Of a DNA stretch of 64,000 nucleotides, positions 1 through 9,946 are shown in pieces (positions within the stretch are counted from its first letter, which is position 1; each line of letters starts with the position of its first letter). Source of the stretch: Chthoniobacterales bacterium. Lineage in GTDB: Bacteria > Verrucomicrobiota > Verrucomicrobiia > Chthoniobacterales > Chthoniobacteraceae. Made by a program: the position numbers and the translations under genes. The stretch is taken from contig JBBQZX010000011.1 in assembly GCA_038207335.1 (NCBI GenBank), positions 1 through 64,000 of the forward strand, given 5' to 3'. Below the pieces are notes generated by a model. It had not been told where the DNA came from. It did not search any database and saw nothing but the letters and a program-made list of their open reading frames with translations.

Positions 1-842
1 TTGCCCGTCGTCAATCCGTGTCCCTGACTCTGCTGCTGTCCCTCAGAGCGATAGCCGAAGCTCACGAGGGTTCGATCACCCTCGTTGTCGATTTCAAGGT
101 GTTGTCCGTTTTCCAATTGGCATTCGAAATTCATGCACTCAAATCGTGGTTGGAATCACGGTCGGTTTTCTCGAGAATTCCGCTCTTTCCCCCACGAAGC
201 ACCAACGCCCCTTGAGTGGAAAAGGAAGGCGGACGAGTCTGGGGCACCCTGATCCGGGCATCTGCCAGTTGTGTCTCGTCCGCCTTCTGAAAGTTGATTC
301 GATCTCCAAACCGATTCTGTCTGTCAGGGAACGCACCGAGCAGGCTATCGGGAAACGACCTCGAAGGTCCTTTGAACCGCCGTCAATCAACTGCCGTAAC
401 TGGGGAGCCAAAACTACGGTGTCGCTCCAGCCAGTAAGGCTCCCCGTAGACATGCCACGAATCTACAAGGAGTTCTCGGTAGAAGATGGAGGGTGTTGAT
501 GCAGGGGTCCAACCCGTCGTTCGACTTCTGAGCCGACGTTGGGCGTCTTCAAGGCGACGCAACACGAGCTCTCCCAAAAGTGAACTCATTTGAGGTAAGG
601 ATGACGGGCTACTCGAACGTGATTTCCGGGCCAGTGAATCCGCCAACTGTCGGCAAAGCGCATCCACTTCCCTGCTAAATTCTGCCTCTTGTAAAGGAGT
701 GTAGGTTGCAAACTTGGAAGCAGGCTCGTGATCCAGCCAGAAGTGAAGTTGAGCGCCCACATTTTCAAGGGCCGCAAGGGCTTCTCTTGGGAGACGTGCA
801 CGCATTCCTATCGACTTCAGGGGCAATGTTGAGGTGTTTTCA

Positions 843-1694
843 TTATGCAGCCGCCCGCCTCTTCTGTTTTACCATCACCGACGTTGACCGGTCCTTCGGT
901 CCTTTTGTCGGTTTGGCCTTGCTCCCTGCCGTCTTCCTTAAGCTCTCCTGCAACACGGCAACGAGATCAATGACGTTCGACGTGGCGCGGGGACCGGCGG
1001 GCTTGGCGGAAGGTGGACGTTTCTGAGCCTTCTCCTCGATCATCTGCATCAGGGCCGTCTGATACTGATCTTGATATTTGGTCGGCTCCCACTCGGTCGT
1101 CATGGCATCAATGAGCGCCCCGGCCATTTCCAATTCCTTGGCAGAGACCTCGCGTTCCGCCGCACTCTTCAAAGATTCAGGTTCGAGCACTTCGTTGGCA
1201 AAGTGCATCAGCTCCAGCACGAGGAAGAGGCCATCCGGTTTCACTGCCGCCAAGTATTCCCGATTCTTGATGGCGACTTTGGCGATTCCCACCTTGCCCT
1301 TCTCTGTCAGTGCTCGGTGCAGCAGAGCATACGCTTTTTCTCCGCCTTTTTGGGCTTCGAGAAAGTAGGGTTTGTAGAAGGATTTGGAGTTGATCTGTGA
1401 CTGCTCAACGAAGTCCGTGATCTCGACCGAGTGCGTGGATTCGATCTGCACTTTTTCGAAGTCTTCATCCTTCAGCGTGATCCATTTTCCCTTTTCGATC
1501 TCGTATCCCTTCACGATCTCAGCCGCAGGCACCTCTTTCTCATCCGCCTCGGCGATCTTTTTGTAGCGGATTGGGCTCAGGTCCGTGGCTCGCAGTTGTT
1601 TGAAGCTGATCTTCTCTTCACGAGTGGCCGGGTAAACGGACACCGGGATGAAAACCAAGCCGAAGTTGATGCTGCCTTTCCAGATGGATCTCAT
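843..1694 (-). CDS. ku: Non-homologous end-joining protein Ku
   Basis: N-terminus MRSIWKGSINFGLVFIPV, EIVKGYE, LELMHFANEV, and a C-terminal NVIDLVAVLQESL followed by a basic tail. Start moved to the ATG at 1694. Confidence 0.93.
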   Translation of the reverse strand: MRSIWKGSINFGLVFIPVSVYPATREEKISFKQLRATDLSPIRYKKIAEADEKEVPAAEIVKGYEIEKGKWITLKDEDFEKVQIESTHSVEITDFVEQSQINSKSFYKPYFLEAQKGGEKAYALLHRALTEKGKVGIAKVAIKNREYLAAVKPDGLFLVLELMHFANEVLEPESLKSAAEREVSAKELEMAGALIDAMTTEWEPTKYQDQYQTALMQMIEEKAQKRPPSAKPAGPRATSNVIDLVAVLQESLRKTAGSKAKPTKGPKDRSTSVMVKQKRRAAA

Positions 1695-1759
1695 GGGAAT
1701 TGGGGAACATGAGTTAATCGAGAGGAGGCTTGTCGTGGAGCGTGTTCGTGTGAACACTT

Positions 1760-1954
1760 TTGGACGTAAAGTCCTCAATCTCTCTGATCGAAGCTGAGAA
1801 GCATGCCCGGTTGGCCTGCCACGGTCTCTCCGTGCTTCGGCAGATCAGTGAGCGGCTGGATCTTCCGACAGCTCAATCGCTCTTGGATGAATTCATCGCC
1901 CTGGCTCGCGCGCAAAGACGAGCGTTGCGTGCTGCACATCGCTCAGGAAGTTGA
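1760..1954 (+). CDS. Possible small hypothetical protein, divergent from ku
   Basis: Helical-looking 64-aa ORF filling the intergenic gap; no recognisable motif. Confidence 0.25.
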   Translation: MDVKSSISLIEAEKHARLACHGLSVLRQISERLDLPTAQSLLDEFIALARAQRRALRAAHRSGS

Positions 1955-2061
1955 GCAGGGACTTCTCCGAAAGGCGCGTTTTCAGGATCGCAGATGAATT
2001 CAGACGAAACGCAATGAGTTCGGATGGAGAAACAACCTAGAGTCTGGCGCATTCTCTGCTA

Positions 2062-2721
2062 ATGGCATCCGGCTTCATGAAACAGCTCCTTTTCCTCGTC
2101 TCGGTCGCACTCTTGCTACTGCCCCGATCCTTGTTGTGGGGAGATGCGACGGTGGAAGGACGCGTCGAATTGCCGGGAGGTCACTCGGCACCAGTCGCGA
2201 CGAAGCGTTATGAGATTGTCACGAAGGCGGGAGTGGTCGCCACGGATCCGGCGGTGGCGGTCGTCTATTTGGAAGGGGTTTTTCCACGTCAGACAAATTT
2301 GCTGCGGGCGCAGATGGTGCAAAAAGATTTGACATTCGTCACACCGCTCCTGCCTGTTCAACTGGGGACGGTGGTCGAGTTTCCAAATCTCGACGACACT
2401 TATCACAACATCTTTTCTTACTCCAAGCCGAAGCGCTTCGACCTCGGCCGCTATCGCTCGGAGGAACGGCCGATTCCATCGCAGGTTTTTGATCAGCCGG
2501 GCCTCGTGGCGCTTCACTGCGACATCCACGAACACATGCGCGGGATCATTCTCGTCCTGGAGTCGCCCTACTTTACAAAAAGCGATATGGCTGGCCGTTA
2601 CCGATTGAGTGGATTACCCGCAGGACACTACACCCTTAAAGCGTGGATCAGTAGCAAGACGACGTTGGAACGACCAGTGGAGTTGAAAAACGGGGCAACG
2701 CTGCGCGTCGATTTTCCATGA
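2062..2721 (+). CDS. Secreted cupredoxin-like / carboxypeptidase-regulatory-like domain protein
   Basis: Signal peptide; HNIFS...FDLG and C-D-I-H-E-H-M, a type-1 copper-like His/Cys/His/Met set; C-terminal GRYRLSGLPAGHYTLKAW beta-sandwich. Confidence 0.75.
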   Translation: MASGFMKQLLFLVSVALLLLPRSLLWGDATVEGRVELPGGHSAPVATKRYEIVTKAGVVATDPAVAVVYLEGVFPRQTNLLRAQMVQKDLTFVTPLLPVQLGTVVEFPNLDDTYHNIFSYSKPKRFDLGRYRSEERPIPSQVFDQPGLVALHCDIHEHMRGIILVLESPYFTKSDMAGRYRLSGLPAGHYTLKAWISSKTTLERPVELKNGATLRVDFP

Positions 2722-4946
2722 CAAACGGGCGAGGGCCAATGGCCCCAGAAGCAACGAGCTTCCGGACCAAGTTGCTTGTCGCGATGATGCTGGTCGTCTT
2801 GGTCATCACGGCGACGGTCCTTTATTTAGCGCAGCGAAACGTCGAGGCTGATGTCGCCCGCCATCTCCACGAAGAGTTTCGCAGTGAAGTAGGCTCGCTA
2901 TTAGCGGTGCAGGAGTCTCGCATGGAAACGATCGCGGAGCGGTGTCGCGCTTTGGCCAGTTCAGTGCGCATCCGTGCTGCGCTGGAAGAGGGTGACATTG
3001 AAGACCTTTATCTCAATGCTCAAGTTGAACTCCGCGGAGTCCTCGACAGCAGTGGAATGGAGGGCGGGACCGATCAATCTTTACTTCACGCGACGTTCTT
3101 TCGCTTTCTGGATGCGAAGGGTGCAGTTATGTCACCCAGCTCAGCGACGACTGAGCCTTGGGAAGCGCAACTCTCCATGATCGCGGCACCGGCGACCGGG
3201 CAAGTTGGCTACGTGACGCGGCGAACTATCGAGGGCCTTGCAGTGATGGATCAAGTGATCGCCACTCCGATTATCTCAACAGACACAGGTGAAGTTATCG
3301 GGGCAATTATTCTAGGCTTCATCCCCATCGAGCTCACAACAAAAGAGTCCGCGAAAAACATTAAAAGTGGCATCTGGTGCAAGGGAGAACTCCGCCTACC
3401 CCAGAGTGAGGAGTCCTCGAGCGACACATTGAGCCGAGAAGTTGCCAATGCCTTGAACAAGCCCTTGGGTAACAGCACGGTAGAAATCGATGGTGCGCCT
3501 CACCTCCTTTTTTACAAACTACTTAACCCGTCTTCCCACTTTCCGCCTGCGTATGAAGTCTGTCTGTATCCGCTTGCCGACTCGATTGCGCGGACGAGAG
3601 AAGTGCGCTGGAAGATCATCGGTGCGGGGCTGCTCCTAGTCGTGGGTGGGTTGGTCGCCAGTCACTTCATCTCGGTCGGTCTCTCCGCTCCCGTTACGCG
3701 ACTTGCGCAGCATTCAGCGGAACATCGCGAGAGGCGGGAGCAAGCTGAAACCGCACTGGAAATTAGCCGGGAGGAACTACTGGTGCTCAACGCTGAGTTG
3801 CAAATGGCACTATCCGATCTGAAGAGTTCGCAGCACCAGATCATTCAGCAGGAACGCCTCCGGGCGCTCGGGCAAATGGCCAGTGGGATCGCACACGACT
3901 TCAACAACGCCCTCGTGCCGATCCTAGGCTTCTGTGAGCTTCTCCTATTGAGTCCGACGATCCTCGGCGACAAACAAAAAGCCGTGAGCTATCTCGAAAC
4001 GATTCAGACGGCCGCTAAGGATGCATCAAGTGTCGTCGGTCGATTGCGCGAGTTTTATCGACCCGGCAAGACCGGCATGGCTTTCGGATCAGTCCAACTT
4101 AAACGGCTCGTCGAGCAGGTCATCACCCTGACGACGCCGAAATGGAAAGGACAAGCGCAGGCCAATGGGGCGACAATTGAAGTTTCGCTCGAACTCGAAT
4201 CCGTCCCCTCCATTTCTGGCGACGAGTCCGCGCTACGCGAGGCGCTGACGAATCTCATCTTCAACGCGGTCGATGCGATGCCCGCGGGCGGCACCCTTAC
4301 GCTCCGCACCCGACGCGGGGATGATTGCGCAGTCATTGAGGTCGCTGACTCCGGCACGGGCATGATCGAGGAAGTCCGCAAGCACTGCCTGGAACCGTTC
4401 TTCTCAACCAAGGGAGAAGGTGGCACCGGGCTTGGGCTTTCAATGGTCTTCGGGATCGTGCAGCGGCATAGCGGCTCACTCGACATCCAAAGCCAACCAG
4501 GATCCGGGACGACCTTTATCATCAAACTGCCCTTGGAAGGTGTGACTACGATCCGCACATCTAGCTCTGTTGATGCAAAGCTACAACTTCCGCTTCGGAT
4601 CCTCGTCGTCGATGACGAAGCTCCCGTGCGCGACACCCTCGCCGCAATTCTGACTACCGATGGGCATATTGTGGTGACGGCGGTGGATGGAGCCGAAGGG
4701 CTGAAGCGTTTTGCCTCCGGTCAATTTGATCTTGTGGTGACGGACAAAGCGATGCCTCGCATGAATGGCGAACAGATGGCCGCCGCTATTAAAAATATTT
4801 CGCCGTTAACCCCCATCATCTTACTCACTGGGTTCGGGCTTTTCCATGATAAGGAGGAATTCCCGCAGGTGGACGTGCTCGCGAGCAAGCCGATTCGCAT
4901 TCCGGCCCTCCGCGAAGCCATTGCGGAGGCCTTGAGACATTCGTGA
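2718..4946 (+). CDS. Membrane-bound hybrid sensor histidine kinase with receiver domain
   Basis: Two TM segments flank a periplasmic domain; H-box IAHDFNN, N-box NLIFNAVDAM, DSGTGM, EPFFSTK, GTGLGL; receiver ILVVDDE...VTDKAMP...KP. ATGA overlap with the upstream gene. Confidence 0.93.
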   Translation: MTNGRGPMAPEATSFRTKLLVAMMLVVLVITATVLYLAQRNVEADVARHLHEEFRSEVGSLLAVQESRMETIAERCRALASSVRIRAALEEGDIEDLYLNAQVELRGVLDSSGMEGGTDQSLLHATFFRFLDAKGAVMSPSSATTEPWEAQLSMIAAPATGQVGYVTRRTIEGLAVMDQVIATPIISTDTGEVIGAIILGFIPIELTTKESAKNIKSGIWCKGELRLPQSEESSSDTLSREVANALNKPLGNSTVEIDGAPHLLFYKLLNPSSHFPPAYEVCLYPLADSIARTREVRWKIIGAGLLLVVGGLVASHFISVGLSAPVTRLAQHSAEHRERREQAETALEISREELLVLNAELQMALSDLKSSQHQIIQQERLRALGQMASGIAHDFNNALVPILGFCELLLLSPTILGDKQKAVSYLETIQTAAKDASSVVGRLREFYRPGKTGMAFGSVQLKRLVEQVITLTTPKWKGQAQANGATIEVSLELESVPSISGDESALREALTNLIFNAVDAMPAGGTLTLRTRRGDDCAVIEVADSGTGMIEEVRKHCLEPFFSTKGEGGTGLGLSMVFGIVQRHSGSLDIQSQPGSGTTFIIKLPLEGVTTIRTSSSVDAKLQLPLRILVVDDEAPVRDTLAAILTTDGHIVVTAVDGAEGLKRFASGQFDLVVTDKAMPRMNGEQMAAAIKNISPLTPIILLTGFGLFHDKEEFPQVDVLASKPIRIPALREAIAEALRHS

Positions 4947-6205
4947 ACTTCGCTCGCATTCGACTGTTTTGTTTAACGCTGCTGACCTTGAGCCTACCAG
5001 CATTCGGGGCGGACGAGTTGATGGAGCGCATCGATGATTTTCTCAGCGTCAGCGCCTTTCACGGCAATGCTCGCGCCCGCGTTAGCGGCTTGCTGGACCT
5101 TGAAGCTTACTCCTTCGAGCAACCTGCACCTGGCCTCATTCTCACCGAAAAGAGATCGCTGATTAAACCTCGGCTGACACTCTTTCTCGACACGCAAATC
5201 GGCGCGCATATTTACGCTTTCGCGCAATCGCGGGTGGATCGTGGGTTCGACCCGACTGACGGCACTGCAGAAATGCGGTTCGACGAATATGCGATCCGCA
5301 TTTCACCGTGGAGTGACGGACGTTTTACTCTGCAAGTCGGGAAATTTGCCACCGTGGTCGGCAACTGGGTGCAGCGTCATGACTCGTGGACAAATCCTTT
5401 GATTACCGCGCCCTTGCCCTACGAGAATGTCACAGGAATTTGGGACAGTTCAGCGCCCGATTCTCCCGGAACTCTCCTTTATTGGGCCAAAGTCCCCGTC
5501 AAGAACCAGCAATATTCTGCCGTCGACTACGCAGACAAATACTTGCGCAGCCCCGTCATCTGGGGACCGAGTTACGCCAGCGGTGCTTCCATTTCTGGAT
5601 GCCTGGGGAAGTTGGAATATGCAATGGAACTCAAGAACGCCGCGCTTTCCTCCCGGCCCGAAGTCTGGGACGTGGCAGAGCGCGGGTTCGAGCATCCCGC
5701 CTTCAGTGCCCGCTTCGGTTTTCGCCCGAATCCGACATGGAATTTTGGGGTATCCGCCAGCACCGCTTCCTACCTTAACGCCGAAGCTTCACCGAGCTTG
5801 CCTCCGGGGAAGAATATCGGTGACTACCGTGAAATGCTTCTAGGCCAAGATGTAAGCTTCGAATGGCACCATCTTCAAGTGTGGGCGGAGTTCTACGAAA
5901 CGCGTTTTCAAGTTGCCCATGTGGGAAACGCGGACACCTTCGCCTACTATTTGGAAGCAAAATATAAGCTCACGCCGCAGCTCTTCGGCGCGTTGCGTTG
6001 GAACCAGCAACTCTATGCCACTATTCGGGACGATACAGGTGATTCTATTCCTTGGGGAAACGACATCTGGCGGATCGACGCAGCGCTCGGCTTTCGATTC
6101 ACGACTCACATACAACTCAAACTTCAGTATAGTCTTGAGAATCAACGGTCATCAACCGACCGGTATAGCAACTCGCTTGCGGGACAGCTCACGCTCAGGT
6201 TTTAG
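4943..6205 (+). CDS. Putative outer-membrane beta-barrel protein
   Basis: Signal peptide, alternating aromatic/hydrophobic strands and a terminal Phe (GQLTLRF). GTGA overlap with the kinase gene. Confidence 0.7.
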   Translation: MNFARIRLFCLTLLTLSLPAFGADELMERIDDFLSVSAFHGNARARVSGLLDLEAYSFEQPAPGLILTEKRSLIKPRLTLFLDTQIGAHIYAFAQSRVDRGFDPTDGTAEMRFDEYAIRISPWSDGRFTLQVGKFATVVGNWVQRHDSWTNPLITAPLPYENVTGIWDSSAPDSPGTLLYWAKVPVKNQQYSAVDYADKYLRSPVIWGPSYASGASISGCLGKLEYAMELKNAALSSRPEVWDVAERGFEHPAFSARFGFRPNPTWNFGVSASTASYLNAEASPSLPPGKNIGDYREMLLGQDVSFEWHHLQVWAEFYETRFQVAHVGNADTFAYYLEAKYKLTPQLFGALRWNQQLYATIRDDTGDSIPWGNDIWRIDAALGFRFTTHIQLKLQYSLENQRSSTDRYSNSLAGQLTLRF

Positions 6206-6972
6206 GTTAGCGTTCTCGCCGCAAGTCAGTCGGCTCGCAAACGGAGTTGATGCTCTCAGTTCTCTTCAAGAGAGAACTCGGTGGACTGGGGGATTCGATC
6301 CCCCCCACCGGGCCCCAATCCCAGAAATCGTCTCAACCAAGTTAGGCACGACCGCTGCTAATTCAACTCCTGCGAACTAGGGACCACGCCATCATTTACG
6401 TTTTCACCCTCAGTTTCCGCAGCGCGATCAGAAATGGTCGCGCTTATTTTTTGCCCACATCTCGAGGATCGTGTTCGACGCACTCAAATTTCTGGCTGTC
6501 TCGATTTGCTGGACATTTGCGCGTCGATTTGCGTGTGATGAATCTTCGATTTCAGCAGCACCGACTTCTCCTCATCGGCCAGCGCACGGAGACCGCGACC
6601 AAATCACTTCGCCGATGCCGATGAAGATGATGCCGGGCGCGACGAATTGCCGAAAAACGCGTCGCTCAGATTTGCCCGCCAGCGCGTTTTGTTGAGGTTG
6701 GGGCGGTGATGACACGGCTGAAAATGAGGCGATTTTGCGGTCCCGCGACATCGGTGAATTTCCTCGAACATCGGTGAACATTTCGCAGGCAAAATTTTGA
6801 TGATTTCGGACCTGATGCGGAGTTCGAAATCGAGATCGGCGGTGCGGTCGCGGTCGTTTTCGGGAGAGGCTCGACGACCGATCTTCGGCAACATTTGTGT
6901 GCGCCCAGCTCCGATGCGCGGTCAACGTCGACATCAACAAACGTCAGTTACAATCACGAACATCCTCGAATC

Positions 6973-7043
6973 TGTTCTGACTTTTGTTCTGAAACGGCTC
7001 TTTTTAAGGCCACTTCAGTCGCAACCCCTTGGGAATCAAGGGG
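6973..7043. repeat. att-flanking repeats: TGTTCTGA twice (6973-6980, 6985-6992) and a CCCCTTG/CAAGGGG hairpin next to the tRNA 3' end
   Basis: Seen directly in the sequence. The layout resembles the arm-type sites beside tRNA integration sites (inference). Confidence 0.45.
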
Positions 7044-7045
7044 GG

Positions 7046-7118
7046 AGCGGGTGAAGAGACTCGAACTCTCGACATCTTCCTTGGCAAGGAAGTGCTCTAC
7101 CAACTGAGCTACACCCGC
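7046..7118 (-). tRNA. tRNA-Gly (GCC)
   Basis: Reverse complement GCGGGTGTAGCTCAGTTGGTAGAGCACTTCCTTGCCAAGGAAGATGTCGAGAGTTCGAGTCTCTTCACCCGCT gives a full cloverleaf with anticodon GCC. It is followed by CCC, so CCA is not encoded. Confidence 0.97.
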
Positions 7119-7203
7119 GTTTGCGCGGACGGGAAAGTAGGAGGCGACCCCGACGCTGGCAACATTTTTTTCGCCAACTTTCGCCTCTCGTCCACGCGGT
7201 GGA

Positions 7204-7653
7204 TTATAGCCGTTCGCCGAGCTTCGCGGCGATTCCGAGCAGGGAATTCGTCTCCTCGGCGCTCCAGTCGTAGGCGGTGGGTTTCGCGATGCCGAGCACG
7301 CCGCGGAGCGCGTCGCCGACGAGGATGGGGACAGCGAGCGAGCCTTCCATGCCGGTCTGTTTTGCAGCGGGGCGCGCTTGGCCGGAGGTGTCGGTTTGGA
7401 GGTTGCAGATGGTCACTGGTTCGCGGCGCTCGGCGGCGAGGCCTGCGATGCCCTTTCCCACCGGCACGGTCGCGATGATCTGCACGACGGGCGGCGGGAT
7501 GTTCACGCTGGCGGCGAGGTGCAGCGTCTCGCCTTCGAGCCGGTGAACAGTCCCGGCAGCGCACGCGAAATGCGCGATCGTCGCGGCGAGGATGTCTGCG
7601 GGAGTGCCGGTGGCGAGGGTGTCGGCGATTGCTGGTGGAAGGTCTGAGTTCAT
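7204..7653 (-). CDS. Stand-alone GAF domain protein
   Basis: VPVGKGIAGLAAERREPV...SLAVPILVGDALRGVLGI; start at MNSDLPP. Confidence 0.85.
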   Translation of the reverse strand: MNSDLPPAIADTLATGTPADILAATIAHFACAAGTVHRLEGETLHLAASVNIPPPVVQIIATVPVGKGIAGLAAERREPVTICNLQTDTSGQARPAAKQTGMEGSLAVPILVGDALRGVLGIAKPTAYDWSAEETNSLLGIAAKLGERL

Positions 7654-7755
7654 GGGTTCATTTTCGTGGAGGATGCGGCACGGCGTCGAGGCTGGGCGCA
7701 GCGTGGAATTTCGCGTCGCGCGGGGAAGTTTCCGGCGGCACATTGCAGCACTTCG

Positions 7756-8505
7756 ATGTCCTCGGAAAACCCCACATCGGCGAACAGCGAGATCGAGCAG
7801 TTCGCATCCATTGCCTCGCACGACTTGCACGAGCCGCTGCGCATGGTCTCCTCCTACCTCGGCCTGCTCGAGCGCCGCGCGGCGAAAAAGCTCGACGCGA
7901 AGGAACTGGATTACCTCCGCTTCGCAGTCGATGGCGCGCAGCGCATGGCGCGGATGCTCGACGACCTCGCCGCCTTCTCCCGCATCGCGACGCACGGCAA
8001 ACCCTTTACCCAAGCCGATCTCCGAGCCGTGGTGGAAAATGCGCTCGCCGATCTTTCAGCCGAGATCGCGGCGCGAAAGGCGCACGTCTCGCATTCCGAA
8101 TTGCCCATCGCCGAGGTCGATGCCGAGCAGTTCGCGCAGCTCTTCCGTCAGCTCATCGGGAATGCTCTCAAGTTCTCCGGCCCACGCGCGCCTGCCGTCT
8201 CGATCGGTTGCGAGCGGCGCGACGAGAAGTGGATTTTTTCCGTGCGCGACAATGGCATCGGCATCGACGCCAAAGAGTTCGAGCGCATCTTCGAGCTCTT
8301 CGCACGGCTGCACGGGCGCTCGGAATATCCCGGCGCAGGGCTTGGGCTCGCGATTTGCAAAAAGATCGTCGAGCGGCATGGCGGGAGGATTTGGGTGGAG
8401 TCGGTCGGCGGAGAGGGTTCGACGTTCTACTTCACGCTGCCCGCCGCGCAGCCGCTGAATTCGGGCTTCAATCCTCCCCCGACATCGGCGATTCCTCTCG
8501 CGTGA
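7756..8505 (+). CDS. Cytoplasmic histidine kinase core (HisKA + HATPase) without a sensor domain
   Basis: ASHDLHEPLR, QLIGNALKF, DNGIGI, FARLH, GAGLGLAICKKIVERHGG (phytochrome-type kinase core). Confidence 0.9.
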   Translation: MSSENPTSANSEIEQFASIASHDLHEPLRMVSSYLGLLERRAAKKLDAKELDYLRFAVDGAQRMARMLDDLAAFSRIATHGKPFTQADLRAVVENALADLSAEIAARKAHVSHSELPIAEVDAEQFAQLFRQLIGNALKFSGPRAPAVSIGCERRDEKWIFSVRDNGIGIDAKEFERIFELFARLHGRSEYPGAGLGLAICKKIVERHGGRIWVESVGGEGSTFYFTLPAAQPLNSGFNPPPTSAIPLA

Positions 8506-9281
8506 ACCGCCTGCAGCAAATCCTCGACGTCAAACGCACCGAAGTCGCCAAGCTCCTCCCGCGCCTCGAACACCTCCGCGCCGGCGCGCTTGAGCGCAAC
8601 GACTTCCGCGGCTTCGGCACCGCCATCGACCGCGGGCCGGACACACTGGGGCTCATCGCCGAGGTGAAAAAAGCCTCCCCTTCCGCCGGCATCATCGCCG
8701 AGGACTTCGACCCCGTCGCCATCGCGCAGGCCTACGAAGCCGCGGGCGCGCACGCAGTCTCCGTCCTCACCGACGAGCAGTTCTTTAAAGGCTCGCTCGG
8801 CTACCTCACCCGCATCCGCCGCGCCGTCGCGCTGCCCTGCCTGCGCAAGGACTTCATAATCCACGACGCCCAGATCTTCGAGGCCGCTATTGCCGGGGCC
8901 GACGCCATCCTCCTCATCGTCGCCGCGCTCGAGCAGGCCGAACTCGCGTCCCTTTTCAAGACCGCCGAACTCTGCCAGCTCGACGTCCTCGTCGAAGTCC
9001 ACACCCTCCCCGAACTCGACCGCGCGCTCGACATCGGCGCCCGCATCATCGGCATCAACAACCGCAACCTCACCACCTTCACCGTCGATCTCGCCGCCAC
9101 CGAGGAGATCAGCGAAGAGGTCCCCGAGGGCGTCATCCTCGTCAGTGAAAGTGGCATCAAGACCGGAGCCGACGCCCAGCGCGCGTTCAGCGCCGGGTGC
9201 AATGCCCTCCTCGTTGGCGAAGCCCTCATGCGCACCGGTGACATCCCCGGCCAGGTCGCCGAGCTGCTCGCCGTCGCGTAG
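8502..9281 (+). CDS. trpC: Indole-3-glycerol phosphate synthase
   Basis: IAEVKKASPS, SVLTDEQFF, LRKDFI, GINNRNL, VSESGI, LVGEALMR; GTG start overlaps the kinase stop. Confidence 0.96.
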   Translation: MNRLQQILDVKRTEVAKLLPRLEHLRAGALERNDFRGFGTAIDRGPDTLGLIAEVKKASPSAGIIAEDFDPVAIAQAYEAAGAHAVSVLTDEQFFKGSLGYLTRIRRAVALPCLRKDFIIHDAQIFEAAIAGADAILLIVAALEQAELASLFKTAELCQLDVLVEVHTLPELDRALDIGARIIGINNRNLTTFTVDLAATEEISEEVPEGVILVSESGIKTGADAQRAFSAGCNALLVGEALMRTGDIPGQVAELLAVA

Positions 9282-9316
9282 CCGCCCGCGGCGGACTCAC
9301 ACGCCGCCGCGCAAAA

Positions 9317-9946
9317 TCACGGCAGCACCTTCACTTCGATATTCTTGAAGTGCACCTCGCTCCCCGGGTCGTGCCCCTGGATCGCGAACGTCCCGTGCGA
9401 CAGCAGCCGCCCCTTGAAATTGTCCGGCCGCTTCACCCCCTCCTCCTCGGTGTAGTCCGTGATCACCTTGTCGCCGACCTTCGTCACCACATGGTTTCCC
9501 TCCACGCGGATCGTCATCGTGTACCACTCATCGTCCTTCGCCGGCGCCGTGAAATTATCCTGAATCCCGTAGAGCCCCGCGCCCTTCTTCGGGTCCGTGT
9601 GCGTGTTATTCACCTGCACCTCGTAGCCCTTCGCCGGCCAGCCCTCCGCCTGGAATTCCGTGTGAAAATACACCCCCGAATTCGCCCCATGCTTCGCCAT
9701 GATATCCGCCTTCAGCTCGAAGTTCTTGAAGTCGTGATCATTCACCGGCCCGTCGTAGAAAAGATGCGACCGATCCCCCTTCACCACCAGCTCCCCATCC
9801 TTCACCGAGAAAGTCCCCGGCTTGTCGCTCGCCTTCCAGCCCGTCAAATCCTTGCCATTGAAAAGAGGCACCCATCCGTCCTTCGCATCCTCGGCGAGGG
9901 CAGGGAGAGAGAGAGCGAGCAGCGCCGAGAAGAGGAGGGATTTCAT
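9317..9946 (-). CDS. DUF1080 3-keto-glycoside hydrolase/lyase family protein, secreted
   Basis: Signal peptide; WVPLFNGKDLTGW, NSGVYF, GYEVQVN, FAIQGHDPGSEVHFKNI. Confidence 0.9.
   Translation of the reverse strand: MKSLLFSALLALSLPALAEDAKDGWVPLFNGKDLTGWKASDKPGTFSVKDGELVVKGDRSHLFYDGPVNDHDFKNFELKADIMAKHGANSGVYFHTEFQAEGWPAKGYEVQVNNTHTDPKKGAGLYGIQDNFTAPAKDDEWYTMTIRVEGNHVVTKVGDKVITDYTEEEGVKRPDNFKGRLLSHGTFAIQGHDPGSEVHFKNIEVKVLP

Noticed and set aside
383..826. 147-aa minus-strand ORF downstream of ku, and other short ORFs in 1-840
   Set aside because: No motif or decisive coding signal; could be real but cannot be supported.
6240..6320. tRNA-Sec or other complete tRNA (TCAA-containing loop plus T-arm-like stem)
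   Set aside because: No acceptor stem or D-arm can be built; kept only as a hairpin pair.
7629..8501. Apparent long N-terminal extension on trpC (likewise GH2 to 26651, fabV from 52441, galT to 17907)
   Set aside because: The extensions overlap other real genes; family-typical starts lie downstream.
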